Assembly (NCBI GenBank): GCA_951406725.2
Contig: OX597833.1
Span: 25,544,001 to 25,608,000, forward strand
Reading direction: 5' to 3'
DNA length: 64,000 nucleotides
Source of the DNA: Octopus vulgaris
Taxonomy: Eukaryota
Position numbers and translations under genes: made by a program. The notes under the pieces were generated by a model. The model had not been told where the DNA came from and searched no databases. It worked only from the letters and a program-made list of their open reading frames with translations. Position 1 is the stretch's first letter. Each line of letters opens with the position of its first letter. Of this stretch, positions 42,963 through 57,114 are shown piece after piece.

Positions 42963-43500
<538 letters not shown>

Positions 43501-44434
43501 TCTATATATATATACACGCGCGCCTACACGTAGGTACCTATTCGGTACTAAGAAATTTTTCTCGTTTGATATTAACCACCAATATTAATGTAAATTAATT
43601 ATAAATAAATTCATGTATCAGGAGCAGGCGTAGAATAAGAAAGCCTAACTGCTGCCAAATACAAAATATACGTCTAGTCAATGGTAATTACTTCTAAAAG
43701 TTCCTTCCATTTAGCTCCATCCACTTCGAACATTGATCAAAAAGGGCATATATTACGTGGAATTAATAGCAAATTCATTGAATTATGGATAATACTAAAA
43801 TGACTATACTTTCAGTAGTTCAATAAGCGATTAAATCCTCGCTGTGCGATTCATATTTGGAATTTATAAAGAAAGATGCCGTCTACATTAGTATGTGTTG
43901 TCTTATAGGCTAGACTAATCTTTATACACAATCAAACTCATTATTCAATTTATGCATTCGTATCTTATATTATATCTAAACATTAAGATATTGAACAAGC
44001 AAAGCAAATACTTTTCTGCTTCTCCACACAATCGACACTAACTAAATATTATACACACGTTTTACCAACAGTCTTAAAATAACACATTTTTAAAATAGCA
44101 CAACTTGAAAATAACATAACGGTAGGATTGCTTCCTTTTAACTATAACTCACCTAGCGTATTGCGAAAAAACGTAAATGTCTATTGAGGTATATAAGAAA
44201 ATATTTCCGCAACAATTCTTTTCAATACAACTATAGATACATTCCATAAATTTACACATAACTGGTCGAATGAATATTTATGTTGAAAACTATGGATTTC
44301 ATATTCACTCGTCACTAGCTATTCCTCCAACAACAAATGACAATCAGCTTTTACAAATTTAAAACACAATTACTCACGCTATAACAGTAATTTTAACACA
44401 TAAACATAAATTCCTACTATGTTTATATGTTGGT

Positions 44435-45100
44435 GTAGGCGTGAGTGTGTGGTAAGTAGCTACCTTCCCAACGACATAGTTTCGGATTCAGCCCCACTAC
44501 ACCGCAATTCAGGCTGGTGTTTTCTTCCACAGCTCCGCGCCGACCCAAAACTTTAGGATTGGGTAGGTGGAAACTGAAAGAAGCCCATCGTATATACATG
44601 TGTATCTACATGTGTGTCTTTATGTTTGTGTTTGTTCCTTACTGCCGCTAGGCAACCGGTATTAATTTGCTTTCGTCTCCGTAGCAGTTTAGAAAAAGAG
44701 CCCGATATAATAAGTACCAGGTTAGAGAGTCAAGCTTACGATCGTGAGGTTGTAAGTTCGAATCCTGGACCGGGCTGCGTGTTGTCTTCTTGAGTAAGGC
44801 GCTTTATTTGACGTTGTTCCAGTTCACTCAGCTGTAGAAATGAGTTGCGACGTCACAGGTGCCAAGCTGTATCGGCTGTTGCCTTTCCCTTGGATAACAC
44901 TGGTAGCGTGGAGAGGGGAGGCCGGTATGCATGGGCGATTGCTGGTCTTTCATAAACAACCTTGCTCGGACTTGTGCCTGCGAGGGTAACTTTCTAGGTG
45001 CAATTCCACGGTCATTCATGACCGAAGGGGGTCTCAGCATAAAGAGTAGAACTATTTGAGTCAACCCTTCAAGGCAGTGCCTCAATATGGCAACAGACCA
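44435..45100 (+). mobile_element. SINE family A interrupted by a family D SINE
   Basis: Family A head and body run to ...ataagtaccag (44720) and resume after 45035 with aacccttcaaggcagtgcctcaatatggc. Confidence 0.75.
44722..45035 (+). mobile_element. CORE-like tRNA SINE family D (nested)
   Basis: B box gttcgaatcc, CORE-like ttgagtaaggcgctttattt...ccagttcactcagctgtagaaatgagt, tail cattcatgaccgaagggggtct. Confidence 0.85.
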
Positions 45101-45101
45101 T

Positions 45102-45158
<57 letters not shown>

Positions 45159-46195
45159 CGCACATCCATATACAACAGCGTGTTTGTGTATGTTTGCATC
45201 TACCACTATGTAACTGATAAAGAGATAGATAGATAGATAAATTCAGAACGCACATAAACACGTTCTGAAAGACCGTACAACAATAGAACCTACACCTGAA
45301 AGCTTTTAGAAGAAAAATTATACTGCGAGTAGTAATACTACTTTATTTCGAAATAGAATAAAGAGAAAGTACTGAATACGAAATTCTCTGTGAATATGGC
45401 TTCCCAAGTGTTAAGCCTAAGCAAATTATGCTACGATAGATAGATAGCTAAATGCGTGATTGCATAAGGTAGGTGAATAGATTTAAACCAACTTAGATGT
45501 TAACCTAAAATCATGATATCTCTTTACTTTATACCACATAATATTACATTTATGCATTCATTCATACAAACATATTTTATAACTGACTTCTTTTCCTTTA
45601 TATTTCGCTAGAAAATAATTGATAGTGAATTTCAAGGAAATTTTTACGTGAAGCACGAAATAAATGATAATGCATTTAATATTGTTCAATACACATACAC
45701 ACACATATATATGTATATGCATATGTAAATGTATATATGTGTGTTTTTGTACGTATGTATATATATATATGTGTGTTTTTGTACGTATGTATATATATAT
45801 AGAGATAGATAGATAGATACACACATATACGCACGCACGTTTCAAGTGCTTTAAAATACTCTGTACTTTGCTGTTTTTTCCTGTCGACAATTTTCCTTTC
45901 GCTGTTATTTACTTTAAGAGGCCATTTCTTCTTCCCTCTCTATTTCACTCAATTTCACAAAAAAAAAAAATTATTCCCATTCTCTCATTCAACTTATATT
46001 TCTTCCACTACTCTTTCTTTCTAACTCTGTCTCTCCGCATCCTTATTTCGCTATTACACACACATACACACACACGCACAAGCTTTAGTTTTTTCCTGCC
46101 GCCATTATTTCCCTTTTTTGAATTTTAACCTCTCTCTATTAAACTAAAGATCAGGAATAATTTTCTGGTTGATTTTCACGTTCACTTTTTATTAA

Positions 46196-46508
<313 letters not shown>

Positions 46509-47481
46509 AGCCGCAGCAGCAGCAGTAGTTGTAGTAAAATTTTCAGATATATCTATGCATGTACAAACATGCACACACACGAACGCACGTACATTTATTC
46601 ACATACACACACACATAGACACACACATACATACAGATATACCATGGCATTTTATATTTCTGTCAGTGGCAGCAGTTAATGGATTTTTGATAATAACACT
46701 CTTTCTAAAATGTCGATGCCCCATTCTTTTTATGGCGTCTTAGAAATCAAAATGAGAAACAACATTGGTAAAGGATCAGAAGGAGCGAAATCGTAGGAAA
46801 TGAAAGAGATAAAAAGAGGAAAATGAAGATCTCTGCGGCATCTGTATAGAGTAAATGAAATGCTTTACGATTAGTGCCGCTGAGAGAGACTTCCTAAACA
46901 CTGTTTATATTCATACATATACAGGGGCACTTGCACACAAACATACACACACATACATGTACACGTATACATACAGACGTATACGGTTATGTTGATAGAT
47001 TCTGAGCTAGATGTGTACACATTTCTATGGATGTATGGATGTATAGATGAATGTATACTTATAATATTTCACGACTCATGAATTCTGATTTCTTTCTTGA
47101 ATAGAAATCCATGAATTACTATTAGATAAATGTAGTCGTGAGATTTTAGGAAGATAAACTTAGACAATATTTCATGTCACTACAATAGTTTGGTAAAATA
47201 ATAATAATTAAAACTTCATTAGAAAATTGAAAATTTGAAAATATACTGTTGCAACTATATATAAGAAGATATGAAAGCGTTAAGTATTAACAGAAAGCAG
47301 ATAAAAAAAGATCACTGAATTCTTTGTTCGTCGATGGTATTGTCAAGGATTTTTAGCAGCAGACACGTGAAGGTGTTCAATGTATGTATGTATGTAAATA
47401 TGTGTGTGTATGCATACATACTTGGTTATATGTACATACACATACTGAGATTCACACGCATGTACGCAGGCATAAATATTT

Positions 47482-47517
<36 letters not shown>

Positions 47518-47559
47518 GTGTGTGTGGGTGGGTGGGTGTGCCTGTGTGTATGTGTGAAA

Positions 47560-47718
47560 CAGTCTTCTTTCAGTTTCCACCTACCAAATTCATTTACAAG
47601 GCTTTGGTCAACCGGAGTTTGTAGTAGAACACACTTACCCAATATACCACGCAGTTAGACTGAACTCGTATCCATGTGGTTGAAACGCAACATTAGTATC
47701 ACATAGCCATAACTGCGC
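47560..47718 (-). mobile_element. SINE family A, 5' half
   Basis: cttctttcagtttccacctaccaaattcatttacaaggctttggtc...ccatgtggttg...cacatagccataactgcgc. Confidence 0.8.
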
Positions 47719-47804
47719 AAACAATACATATAACTTACTTGGAAATGGATGCATGGCCTTCAATACATACATGTATGTACATATATACATATATGCATAC
47801 ATAT

Positions 47805-47845
<41 letters not shown>

Positions 47846-47852
47846 TATATGT

Positions 47853-48260
47853 GTACAGGACGTCACAAAACGTAAACAGCATGAAATACGAGTTACGAAA
47901 GCAACAACATAAAGAACGACCATTCATCTGTTGTTGCCTGTCCACCTACTCGTTTCGAGCAATGTAGTTTCGAAAAGGTAGTTGTTTCCGCGAACCAAAC
48001 TAAAAGTTGGGATTTGCGGAGGGTCCAAGTTGGTAACAAAAACAGGACTGTTGAGGCATACAACAAACCAAACGAAAATAAACATGGAGGCCCGTTAGGC
48101 CACACGAGGTGAACTGGCGAACGCTGAAGGAATAGTCTTTGACAAGAGAAATGATAGAACATGAGACAGATAAGGATGCGTCTGGGCTGTAAGACAGACT
48201 GAAAGAAAAGAAAGATGATCACGTGAGGAAAAGAAAGATGGACAACGGTCACATGTGAGC
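47853..48260 (-). mobile_element. Interspersed repeat, same family as 25440-25679
   Basis: Minus strand ends ...gctcgaaacgagtaggtggacaggcaacaacagatgaatgg...ttcatgctgtttacgttttgtgacgtcctgtac. Confidence 0.55.
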
Positions 48261-48894
48261 AACGAAAGAGAGAGTAATGAAGGAAGACGGAGAGAGAGAG
48301 AGAGAGAGAGATTTATAGAAAACAGTGAAGGGAAGAAAAAAGAATTAGAGAAGAGAGAGAAAACGAAAGGGGGAGAACAGTTTAGGGCAGAGTCGCATCA
48401 AAATTGTTAAGATAAACTTACTTGGGAATGGGTGCGTGGCCTTCAATGATATAATAATATACATACATATATGGGTGGGGAAAGATAAGGCTAGCAAATG
48501 TTTCATGTGTCATTCTTTATAATTTTTGATATGCATATACGTATGCATATACGTATACTTACATATGTATATACACAAACACGCCAAGCACATTACTGGG
48601 CCTCTCTTTCTATTTGATTTTACACATATTAATTGTTATTCTTGTGCACGTATAGATGTACACACAGGCATATACACTCGTACTGTCGTAGATAACGAAA
48701 TTATAATTTGCCTCATTCAGGAATATAAATCCAGAAATATTAGTAAACAGTATAACGCTACCAAGCATTGGATTAATAATCGTCTAATTCAAAGAATATG
48801 AATGGTATGTGGGGTCGTATAATACACGTATGAACATGCCCACATGATGAATCTTTAAAAGTCTGTTCTGTCTAGGATCATAATATATTGTTAA

Positions 48895-49078
48895 GCTGGA
48901 AATTTCGGTTGAGTGGTAAGTCAATTACATCGACTCCAATTTTCAACCGGTATTTATTTTAACAACTCCGAAATTGATGAAAGACAAAGTCGACCACGGT
49001 GGAAATTCAACTCAAAGACGGACGAAACTCCTTTAAGCATTTTGCCCGGCGTGCTAACGATTCTGCCAGCTCGCTGCC
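48895..49078 (-). mobile_element. SINE family B
   Basis: gatgaaagacaaagtcgaccacgg...taagcattttgcccggcgtgctaacgattctgccagctcgctgcc. Confidence 0.85.
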
Positions 49079-49374
49079 CCACCTCCAGGATCATAATATA
49101 TTGAATCAAACTTAGTTGTCTGGGATATTTATAGAATTGAGGCTCTCATTGCTAGAAAACTAGGGTGAAGAGCTGTTATTCTCAATTATATACTGTTGAA
49201 TTTTTAAGGAAGATAATTCTTATACATGTGTGGATATTTATAATACTTAACAATTTTCAGGATTTGTAATTAAATAATATTTAATTCTTTTAATTATTTT
49301 ATTACTGCAATAAACTAAGAAGATATTTTGTTTAATATATCTCAATTTAAATATTCTCTATTTGTTTGTCAAAC

Positions 49375-50085
49375 CAAGTATATACTGCGTGTGATTAATA
49401 GGTTAAAATATGACCATCCTTAAATACAACAATATCTGTTTTAACACAGGATTTCACATCAAGAATCTTGCAAAACAAATACATAAATGAATTTATATAT
49501 AACTGCACATACATAGGACAAACTAGTTTTATGTATGTGCATTCGATTTAATTTTGGATTTAATATTCTATAAGTATTCCAGTAGTGATATCGAATACTT
49601 AAATTTTAGATTAGAGATATGCTTGTGCTAGGAATATTTTATTGTGAATAGGTTGGAAGTATAGCCCATACATTGTTTAATTGCATTATGAGTAATGACA
49701 TTACACAGCTATACTATATTTTTCCCCTTAAGAGGACATTTGCTAGGTGTATCCACAAATATATCTACTCTAATGTCTTTCATATTAAGTTGACTATCAT
49801 TTGGTGATATTTGATATAATATGGATGTAGCAGAGAAGGCATCACTTTTTATACCAGTTTTAGTGGTTACTATTATAGCTTGTATTTTATTATCATTGAT
49901 TCATAATAAAAATACTGGTCTTGCAATTGTTAGTAGTTAATTCCATGTATGTGCAGTTATCTATAAATATGCTTATGTATATGTTTTGCAAGATTCCTGA
50001 TGTGAAATCATGCGTTAAAACACATATTGTTATATTTGGGGATGGTCATATTTTTTGCCTATAAATCACACGCAGTATGTACTTG
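49375..50085. mobile_element. MITE / non-autonomous DNA transposon with ~115-bp TIRs
   Basis: caagtatatactgcgtgtgattaatagg..atatgaccatcc...gatttcacatcaagaatcttgcaaaaca vs tgttttgcaagattcctgatgtgaaatc...ggatggtcatat...cctataaatcacacgcagtatgtacttg. Confidence 0.85.
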
Positions 50086-50216
50086 CTCTCCACTTCAGTT
50101 GTATTATTATTATTATTATTATTTTAGTTTTCTTTGTCTGATAATGTGTGACGAAATATTTCAGACTAAGGACGCAAAAATAAGAATAATAAAAAAGTTG
50201 AAGTGAACACCAAGTA

Positions 50217-50828
50217 TACGAGGGCCTATCCAAAAGGAACCGGAATTTTGCAATATTATTTTATTCACAAAGATTAATATGTTTATTCTTATATCACCTT
50301 CGAAGTATTCTCCATTTGAAGCAATGAATCGGTCCAGGTACATTTTCCACTATTCGAAGTAGAGCTGGAACTCTTGCGAACTTTAACGCCCCCGTCGTTT
50401 TTTTCTTCACCACTTTCACATCTGCAAATTCTATAGCATCAGCTTTCGTCACCAGTGATGACCTTCACAAAAAGGTCAAGTGACTATTCCGAAAGAATGG
50501 AAACTATTCGTAAACTTGTGCTTTGCTCATAGCAGCGTCCTTTCAAAGCCGTTTGAAGCCCTACAACTGTTTCGGGCACCGTTTTCTCCAACAGAAAACA
50601 GAACTTGACGGAAGTACGCTGTTCCTTAGTTTCAGCCTTCGCAAAAATCGACAAACAAGGGGGAAGCACTGCAAAACAAAAACACACAACATGGCACTAC
50701 GACGTTACACGATGATGCCGGTCGGCTGATTGATGACTGAGGGTTACATCAAGCGGTGAGAGCCTTAACTACAACGGGTTTGTCCCACAAAGAACGTTTC
50801 CGGTTACTCCTGGCTCCCCCGTCTTATA
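50217..50828 (-). mobile_element. Internally deleted mariner element
   Basis: TIRs tacgagggcctatccaaaaggaaccggaa / ttccggttactcctggctccccc. Minus strand encodes KEQRTSVKFCFLLEKT, KVITGDES and the C-terminal WKMYLDRFIASNGEYFEGD. Confidence 0.88.
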
Positions 50829-51648
50829 ATGCGTGTGGTTAATTGACAAAAAATGTGACCATCCCCATATATAACACTATCTATAAATATATTTACTCAT
50901 ACGTGCACTTGGATGAGGGAAGTTTCTCAGCGGTTTCTTGTTGGCTGATGGTAACATAGTCGAATAACAAAGTAGAGAAACATGATCATGAGTTTGGTAG
51001 GATTTCTCCAATTTCCCGAATTCTGAGAATTTTTAAAAGACGGGTCCGCAGAAACTGACGATATTTTGACGGAAAATACGCTTTTCAAGGACTAAAACTG
51101 TTAGGTATACATTTTCAAATATCATCAGAACATTTATATGTTTCCGTAGATTTTGAGGGGCTGAATGTAAGTATAAAGTTGCCCTTGTGCGCTTGTGTTT
51201 TATGTATTGAGGATATTCACAATATTCACATTGTATTTACAACTTTTGCTTAATCTGTAACCATTCGTTGGCTAGAACAATTTCCACATAGTTTCGCCTA
51301 CGAGGAATATCAATTGGTCCTCTAGGTAATATATTTATATAAATAATGACATCATATGCCAGAACAATGAAAGTGAGACACAGAAATAGAAAGCTTTTTG
51401 AACATTGTGGATATGCTTTTCTCTCGATCTGACTGTGATATATGTATGCATATATATATGTGTTTATATATATATATATATATATGTATATTATTGTATG
51501 TATATATGTATATATATATATATATATATATACATTTACATTTGCATACATTAATATATATACATGTATATATATATATGTATGTATGTATATATGTATG
51601 TATGCATGTGCTTGTGAGTATGTGTATGAATATATACATGTATATACA

Positions 51649-51970
51649 TAGGCGCAGGCATGGCTGTGTGGTAAGAAGCTTTCTTAAGAACCACATGGTT
51701 TCTGTTTCAGTCCCACTGCATGGCACGCTGGGCAAGTGCCTTGTATCATTGCCTCGGACCGATCAAAGCCTTGGGTGTGGATTTGATATACGGAAACTCG
51801 AAATGTTTGTCGTATGTATGTGTCTTTGAGACTGTATTTGTTTCCCACCACCGCTTGACAACCTGTGTTTGTGTGTTTACGTCCCCGTCACAATAGCGGT
51901 TCGGCAAAGGAATCAATATAATATGTATCAGGCTTGACAAAAATTGACAGCAGTCAAATAAAAGGTAAAA
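51649..51970 (+). mobile_element. SINE family A, diverged
   Basis: taggcgcaggcatggctgtgtggtaagaagc...ttcagtcccactgcatggcacgctgggcaagtg. Confidence 0.85.
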
Positions 51971-51986
51971 AGTTTATATATGGGTG

Positions 51987-52029
<43 letters not shown>

Positions 52030-52043
52030 TATATATAGATATA

Positions 52044-52208
52044 TAGGCGCAGGAGTGGCTGTGTGATAAGTAGCTTGCTAACCAACCACATAGTTCCGGG
52101 TTCAGTCCCACTGCGTGGCACCTTGGGCGAGTGTCTTCTACTATAGCCTCGGGCTGACCAAAGCCTTGTGAGTGGATTTGGTAGACGGAAACTGAAAGAA
52201 GCCCGTCG

Positions 52209-52240
<32 letters not shown>

Positions 52241-52463
52241 TGTGTGTGTTTGTGTGTCTGTGTTTGTACCCCTAGCATTGCTTGACAACCGATGCTGGTG
52301 TGTTTATGTCCCCGTAACTTAGCGGTTCGGCAAAAGGGACCGATAGAATAAGTACTGGGCTTACAAAAGAATAATTCCCGGGGTCGATTTGCTCGATTAA
52401 AGACGGTGCTCCAGCATGGCCGCAGTCAGATGACTGAAACAAGTAAAAGAGTAAAAGAGTAAA
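52044..52463 (+). mobile_element. SINE family A, full length, close to the pattern shared by the other copies
   Basis: taggcgcaggagtggctgtgtga...gatgactgaaacaagtaaaagagtaaaagagtaaa. Confidence 0.92.
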
Positions 52464-52476
52464 GAGAGAGTATATA

Positions 52477-52508
<32 letters not shown>

Positions 52509-52662
52509 CGGATCTGTGTGCCTGTGTGTAAAAGTTCCTTCGAAGATTATTTTAATCGTTCACTCACACTTTATATATAACTCTTAACTCTTAACTCTTT
52601 ATATATAATTCTTACCACTCTTAACTCCTTATCTGGATATCTCTATCAAGTACTTTCACTTT

Positions 52663-52715
<53 letters not shown>

Positions 52716-53091
52716 CATTGTTGTATTCCTGATCTTCCCACCACCCTTGACCTTTCACCAGAAAAGAACTCTCCTACCACTTACACAACCACCATATTGA
52801 TGCTATAACTTCCCCACCAAACACTTTCCTTGGTCAGAATAGATTATAGCTCTACTCAAACTGTTCTGATCAGTAATTGCTTATTCAACCAATTATTGCC
52901 TCGCTATTTCAGTCTTACATTGTTTATTATTTCTTCGACATCTTTTTCAAAAAGATTCTAATTTTGCTTTTCGTTTACTTATATACTCTTCAGTAATCCT
53001 CTCGTTCAACCTTATCAAATAAGAAGGATATAAAATGATGGTTATTCTAAAGCTACATATATTAAAGTTGTTCGCTTAATTTCACCCACAA

Positions 53092-53194
53092 TTTCTTCTT
53101 CTTCTTCTTCTTCTTCTTCTTCTTCTTCTTCTTCTTCTTCTTCTTCTTCTTCTTCTTCTTCTTCTTCTTCTTCTTCTTCTTCTTCTTCTTCTTC
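53092..53194 (+). repeat. (TTC)n microsatellite
   Basis: Direct reading of the sequence. Confidence 0.95.
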
Positions 53195-53646
53195 AAATGT
53201 ATATGTATCCATGCCCTCACTCAAGCACACATATGCGCATAGATGCACAGACGTATGCGCGCGTGCACCAGCCGTTCCTGACAATCTCTCTCTCTAATTG
53301 TCTACGTACCTTATTTTTCTGTCTCCGTCGATGTTTTCATCAAGTAAGCATAGGTATATATATATATATATAATTAATTAATAAGGGTGAGAGAATTAGA
53401 TACTAATTTAATAGTATATTTATTCCACACCAAGTGGCCTAGTGCTACGAGAAACCTGGATTATTATAATATTTTATAACATATTATAATATTTTCACAA
53501 AATAAATATAAGAGAGTGGTCACTATATTGATCACTCTAGCACCAGTTAATCCAAAAGGTTTCAACCACGAAAATACATGTTTCCCATGAAAGCCAGTAC
53601 GACTGTTAGCTCACACGGACAGGGCAAATAAAAAATAACAAAAATA

Positions 53647-53740
53647 CAGATTATTTTGGGACAATTGTTTCGCTATCAATGAATTAAATGTAATATTACT
53701 TACAATAATCCATTTGTAGCTCGTCAGCCAAGACTATCTG
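53647..53740 (-). ncRNA. Type I hammerhead ribozyme, copy 1
   Basis: Minus strand reads CAGAUAGUCUUGG-CUGACGA-GCUA(long stem II)UAGC-GAAAC-AAUU-GUC|CCAAAAUAAUCUG. Stem I pairs at 11 of 13 positions and the core is intact. Predicted cleavage between 53660 and 53659. Confidence 0.88.
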
Positions 53741-54178
53741 GATGAAATCCACTCAATCACACGCCAGATTTTACCATAACGATAAATACGCGTGTGGTTC
53801 AATTGATTACATCCGACGTTATAATTCAAATGCCCCAACCAACAGCGCGCCAAACTCTCACGGAAAACAAATACAGCATTTAGAAATAAATGCAGCATAA
53901 TTATAATTAATTAATAAGGGTGAGAGAATTAGATACTAATTTAATAGTATATTTATTCCACACCAAGTGGCCTAGTGCTACGAGAAACCTGGATTATTAT
54001 AATATTTTATAACATATTATAATATTTTCACAAAATAAATATAAGAGAGTGGTCACTATATTGATCACTCTAGCACCAGTTAATCCAAAAGGTTTCAACC
54101 ACGAAAATACATGTTTCCCATGAAAGCCAGTACGACTGTTAGCTCACACGGACAGGGCAAATAAAAATAACAAAAATA

Positions 54179-54272
54179 CAGATTATTTTGGGACAATTGT
54201 TTCGCTATCAATGAATTAAATGTAATATTACTTACAATAATCCATTTGTAGCTCGTCAGCCAAGACTATCTG
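54179..54272 (-). ncRNA. Type I hammerhead ribozyme, copy 2
   Basis: Identical to copy 1, offset by 532 bp. Predicted cleavage between 54192 and 54191. Confidence 0.88.
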
Positions 54273-54566
54273 GATGAAATCCACTCAATCACACGCCAGA
54301 TTTTACCATAACGATAAATACGCGTGTGGTTCAATTGATTACATCCGACGTTATAATTCAAATGCCCCAACCAACAGCGCGCCAAACTCTCACGGAAAAC
54401 AAATACAGCATTTAGAAATAAATGCAGCATAATTATAATTAATTAATAAGGGTGAGAGAATTAGATACTAATTTAATAGTATATTTATTCCACACCAAGT
54501 GGCCTAGTGCTACGAGAAACCTGGATTATTATAATATTTTATAACATATTATAATATTTTCACAAA

Positions 54567-54659
<93 letters not shown>

Positions 54660-54670
54660 ATATATATACG

Positions 54671-54708
<38 letters not shown>

Positions 54709-54761
54709 TATATATACGTATACATATATATATATATATATACACACACATATATATACGT

Positions 54762-54797
<36 letters not shown>

Positions 54798-54914
54798 CAC
54801 ATATATATATATATCGTATACATATATATATATATATATATATATATGTCTATTGATACAGATATGTATATACATAAATATACAAACATGTCTCGGTATC
54901 TCTCTCTCTCTCTC

Positions 54915-54953
<39 letters not shown>

Positions 54954-55248
54954 CACGCGCACACGCTCCTACATACAATCTCTGATGCACTTAGACTCAA
55001 ACACAAACATATTTTCGTACGTATTCCATTGGAATGTGTCCAAGAATATACACAATGATAGCTGAAAGCATAACCATTAACAAGAGATCGAATAGTACTA
55101 CAGATGTGTGTGTATATCTGATGGTTTCTGTGTGTGTGTATGTGTGCGTATGTGTTTATATATGTTTTACTATACGTGAGAGGAATGAATAGAAACCTTT
55201 GGCAATACGGATAACATACACACTGATATATATATATATATAAATATA

Positions 55249-55295
<47 letters not shown>

Positions 55296-55574
55296 TTGTG
55301 TGTGTATGCGTGCGTGCGTGTGTGTGTGTGTGTGTGTTAGAAACGGTTTCATTAATCGCGTACACGCATACATACACATACATATATATGTATATATAAA
55401 TATATGTCTATATATATGTATATAAGAATGTATATATATGCGGGTGTGTACATAAATATGGTGTGTCTACAGTGTCTATATATATATACAAATGCATACA
55501 TAAATATATATATAGGAATAGGTATATTATTGTGTATGCGCAAATATGTATATGTGTTGATGGACATCTATAAT

Positions 55575-55611
<37 letters not shown>

Positions 55612-56804
55612 ACCAAACATAAATAAACACCACACACACACATACACACGCACAAACTAATCAGGTAGACAAACTCACAGAGGTATTTGCTGTATTTTAT
55701 AATTTCATATTGTCTGCAACATAGTTTGTTAGTTTTAAACTGGCTGTATTGCAAGCCTCTGATACAAGACACAAATCGATGTTGGTTGGAAAGCAGCTGT
55801 ACAGAAATATAAATGGACAGTTACACATATACCCGCTTAAATAACAATACAGGATTTAGTGGATAACTTATACATTCATATTTATGCACAAGTACATAAG
55901 TACATGCATATGTATTCATTCAATGATATATGTATGTATATACATCTCCCTCTCTCTCTCTGTATACACACACACACTTACGTATATACATGCATATATA
56001 AATATATATATATATATATACTTATACGCACATACTCATACACACATAAACAGATACACGCACACATATACATGTTTGCCCATATATATATGTATATATG
56101 TACATCCATCCATCCATACATACATACATGCATGCATACATACATCCATCCATACATACATTCATATATATATATATACCTACCTACCTACCTACCTACC
56201 TACATACATACATACATACATACATACATACATACATACATACATACATACAAACATACATACATACATACATGCATATGTATATAGTCATATGTGAAGC
56301 CATATTCTTACACTGCAATCCAATAGCGCTTGAAGCATTTCTTCCTTGTATCAAAATATTTACATACAAATATTTTCGATCGCTATCAGCATGTTAATTA
56401 AACAATTACGCTTGATGAAACAAACATTTTAAAGATTAGAATATGAGCAATCCAAAAGCATATTGATATTTCATCGTAAATGAAAACAATATTTATCTAT
56501 CGTTGAATTGTTATCTTTGTCGTTGTCGTCGTCTTTTTTGTTCTCTGTTTTTGTTATCTTGTTGCTGCATATGTCGCTCTTCTGTAGCTTCCAATATAAT
56601 ATTTGTCTGCACAAATGCTTAACCTAAATCATTCCATTCATTATTGTACCCGTCTAATGATTTTGTCTCGCGTATTTTGTTTTTTACGTCTGGAAAGTGT
56701 AATTTTTAAAGATATTTGGTTATCTCTTGAAACTTCTCGTCTATATACTAATTCAATGATTTTTATATGGACAATTTATAAGAGTTGTTGGTATATATAG
56801 TTAT

Positions 56805-57088
56805 TTTGTTCCTTCTCGAGCCATAGGGCTAGTTTCCCGGTTTCCTTGGCGTATAGGTTCCCCACCTGGATGGGACGCCGGTCCGTCGCAGGTGAGCTGC
56901 AAGATGCAGGAGGAAAGAGTGAGAGAAAGTTGTGGCGAAAAAGTCAGCAGGAGTTAGCCATTACCTTCTGCCGGAGCCGCGGGGAGCTTAGGTGATTCGC
57001 TCATAAACACACATCACCCGGTCTGAGATTCGAACACGCGATCCCTCGACCGCGAGTCCGCTGCTCTAACCACTTGGCCATGTGCCGC
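56805..57088 (-). mobile_element. tRNA-derived SINE family C (tail variant 2)
   Basis: Minus strand GCGGCACATGGCCAAGTGGTTAGAGCAGCGGACTCGCGGTCGAGGGATCGCGTGTTCGAATCTC. The tail cctgcgacggaccggcgtcccatccaggtgggg..ggaaaccgggaaac differs from the 2802 copy. Confidence 0.8.
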
Positions 57089-57114
57089 CACATATATATC
57101 TATATTATAGGTAA

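Larger units (their letters stand above)
53371..54575 (-). mobile_element. Retrozyme-like tandem array (532/533-bp monomer x ~2.26)
   Basis: Unit start taattaattaataagggtgagag at 53371, 53904 and 54436. Copies appear identical apart from one A-run indel. Non-coding, flanked by (TA)n, one hammerhead per full unit. Confidence 0.85.

Noticed and set aside
44145-44235. Possible minus-strand micro-exon ending AG|GTGAGT
   Set aside because: Weak acceptor, no recognisable peptide and no partner exons.
53371-54575. CRISPR array or ordinary satellite interpretation
   Set aside because: There is no repeat-spacer structure, and only about 2.3 long units with an embedded ribozyme.
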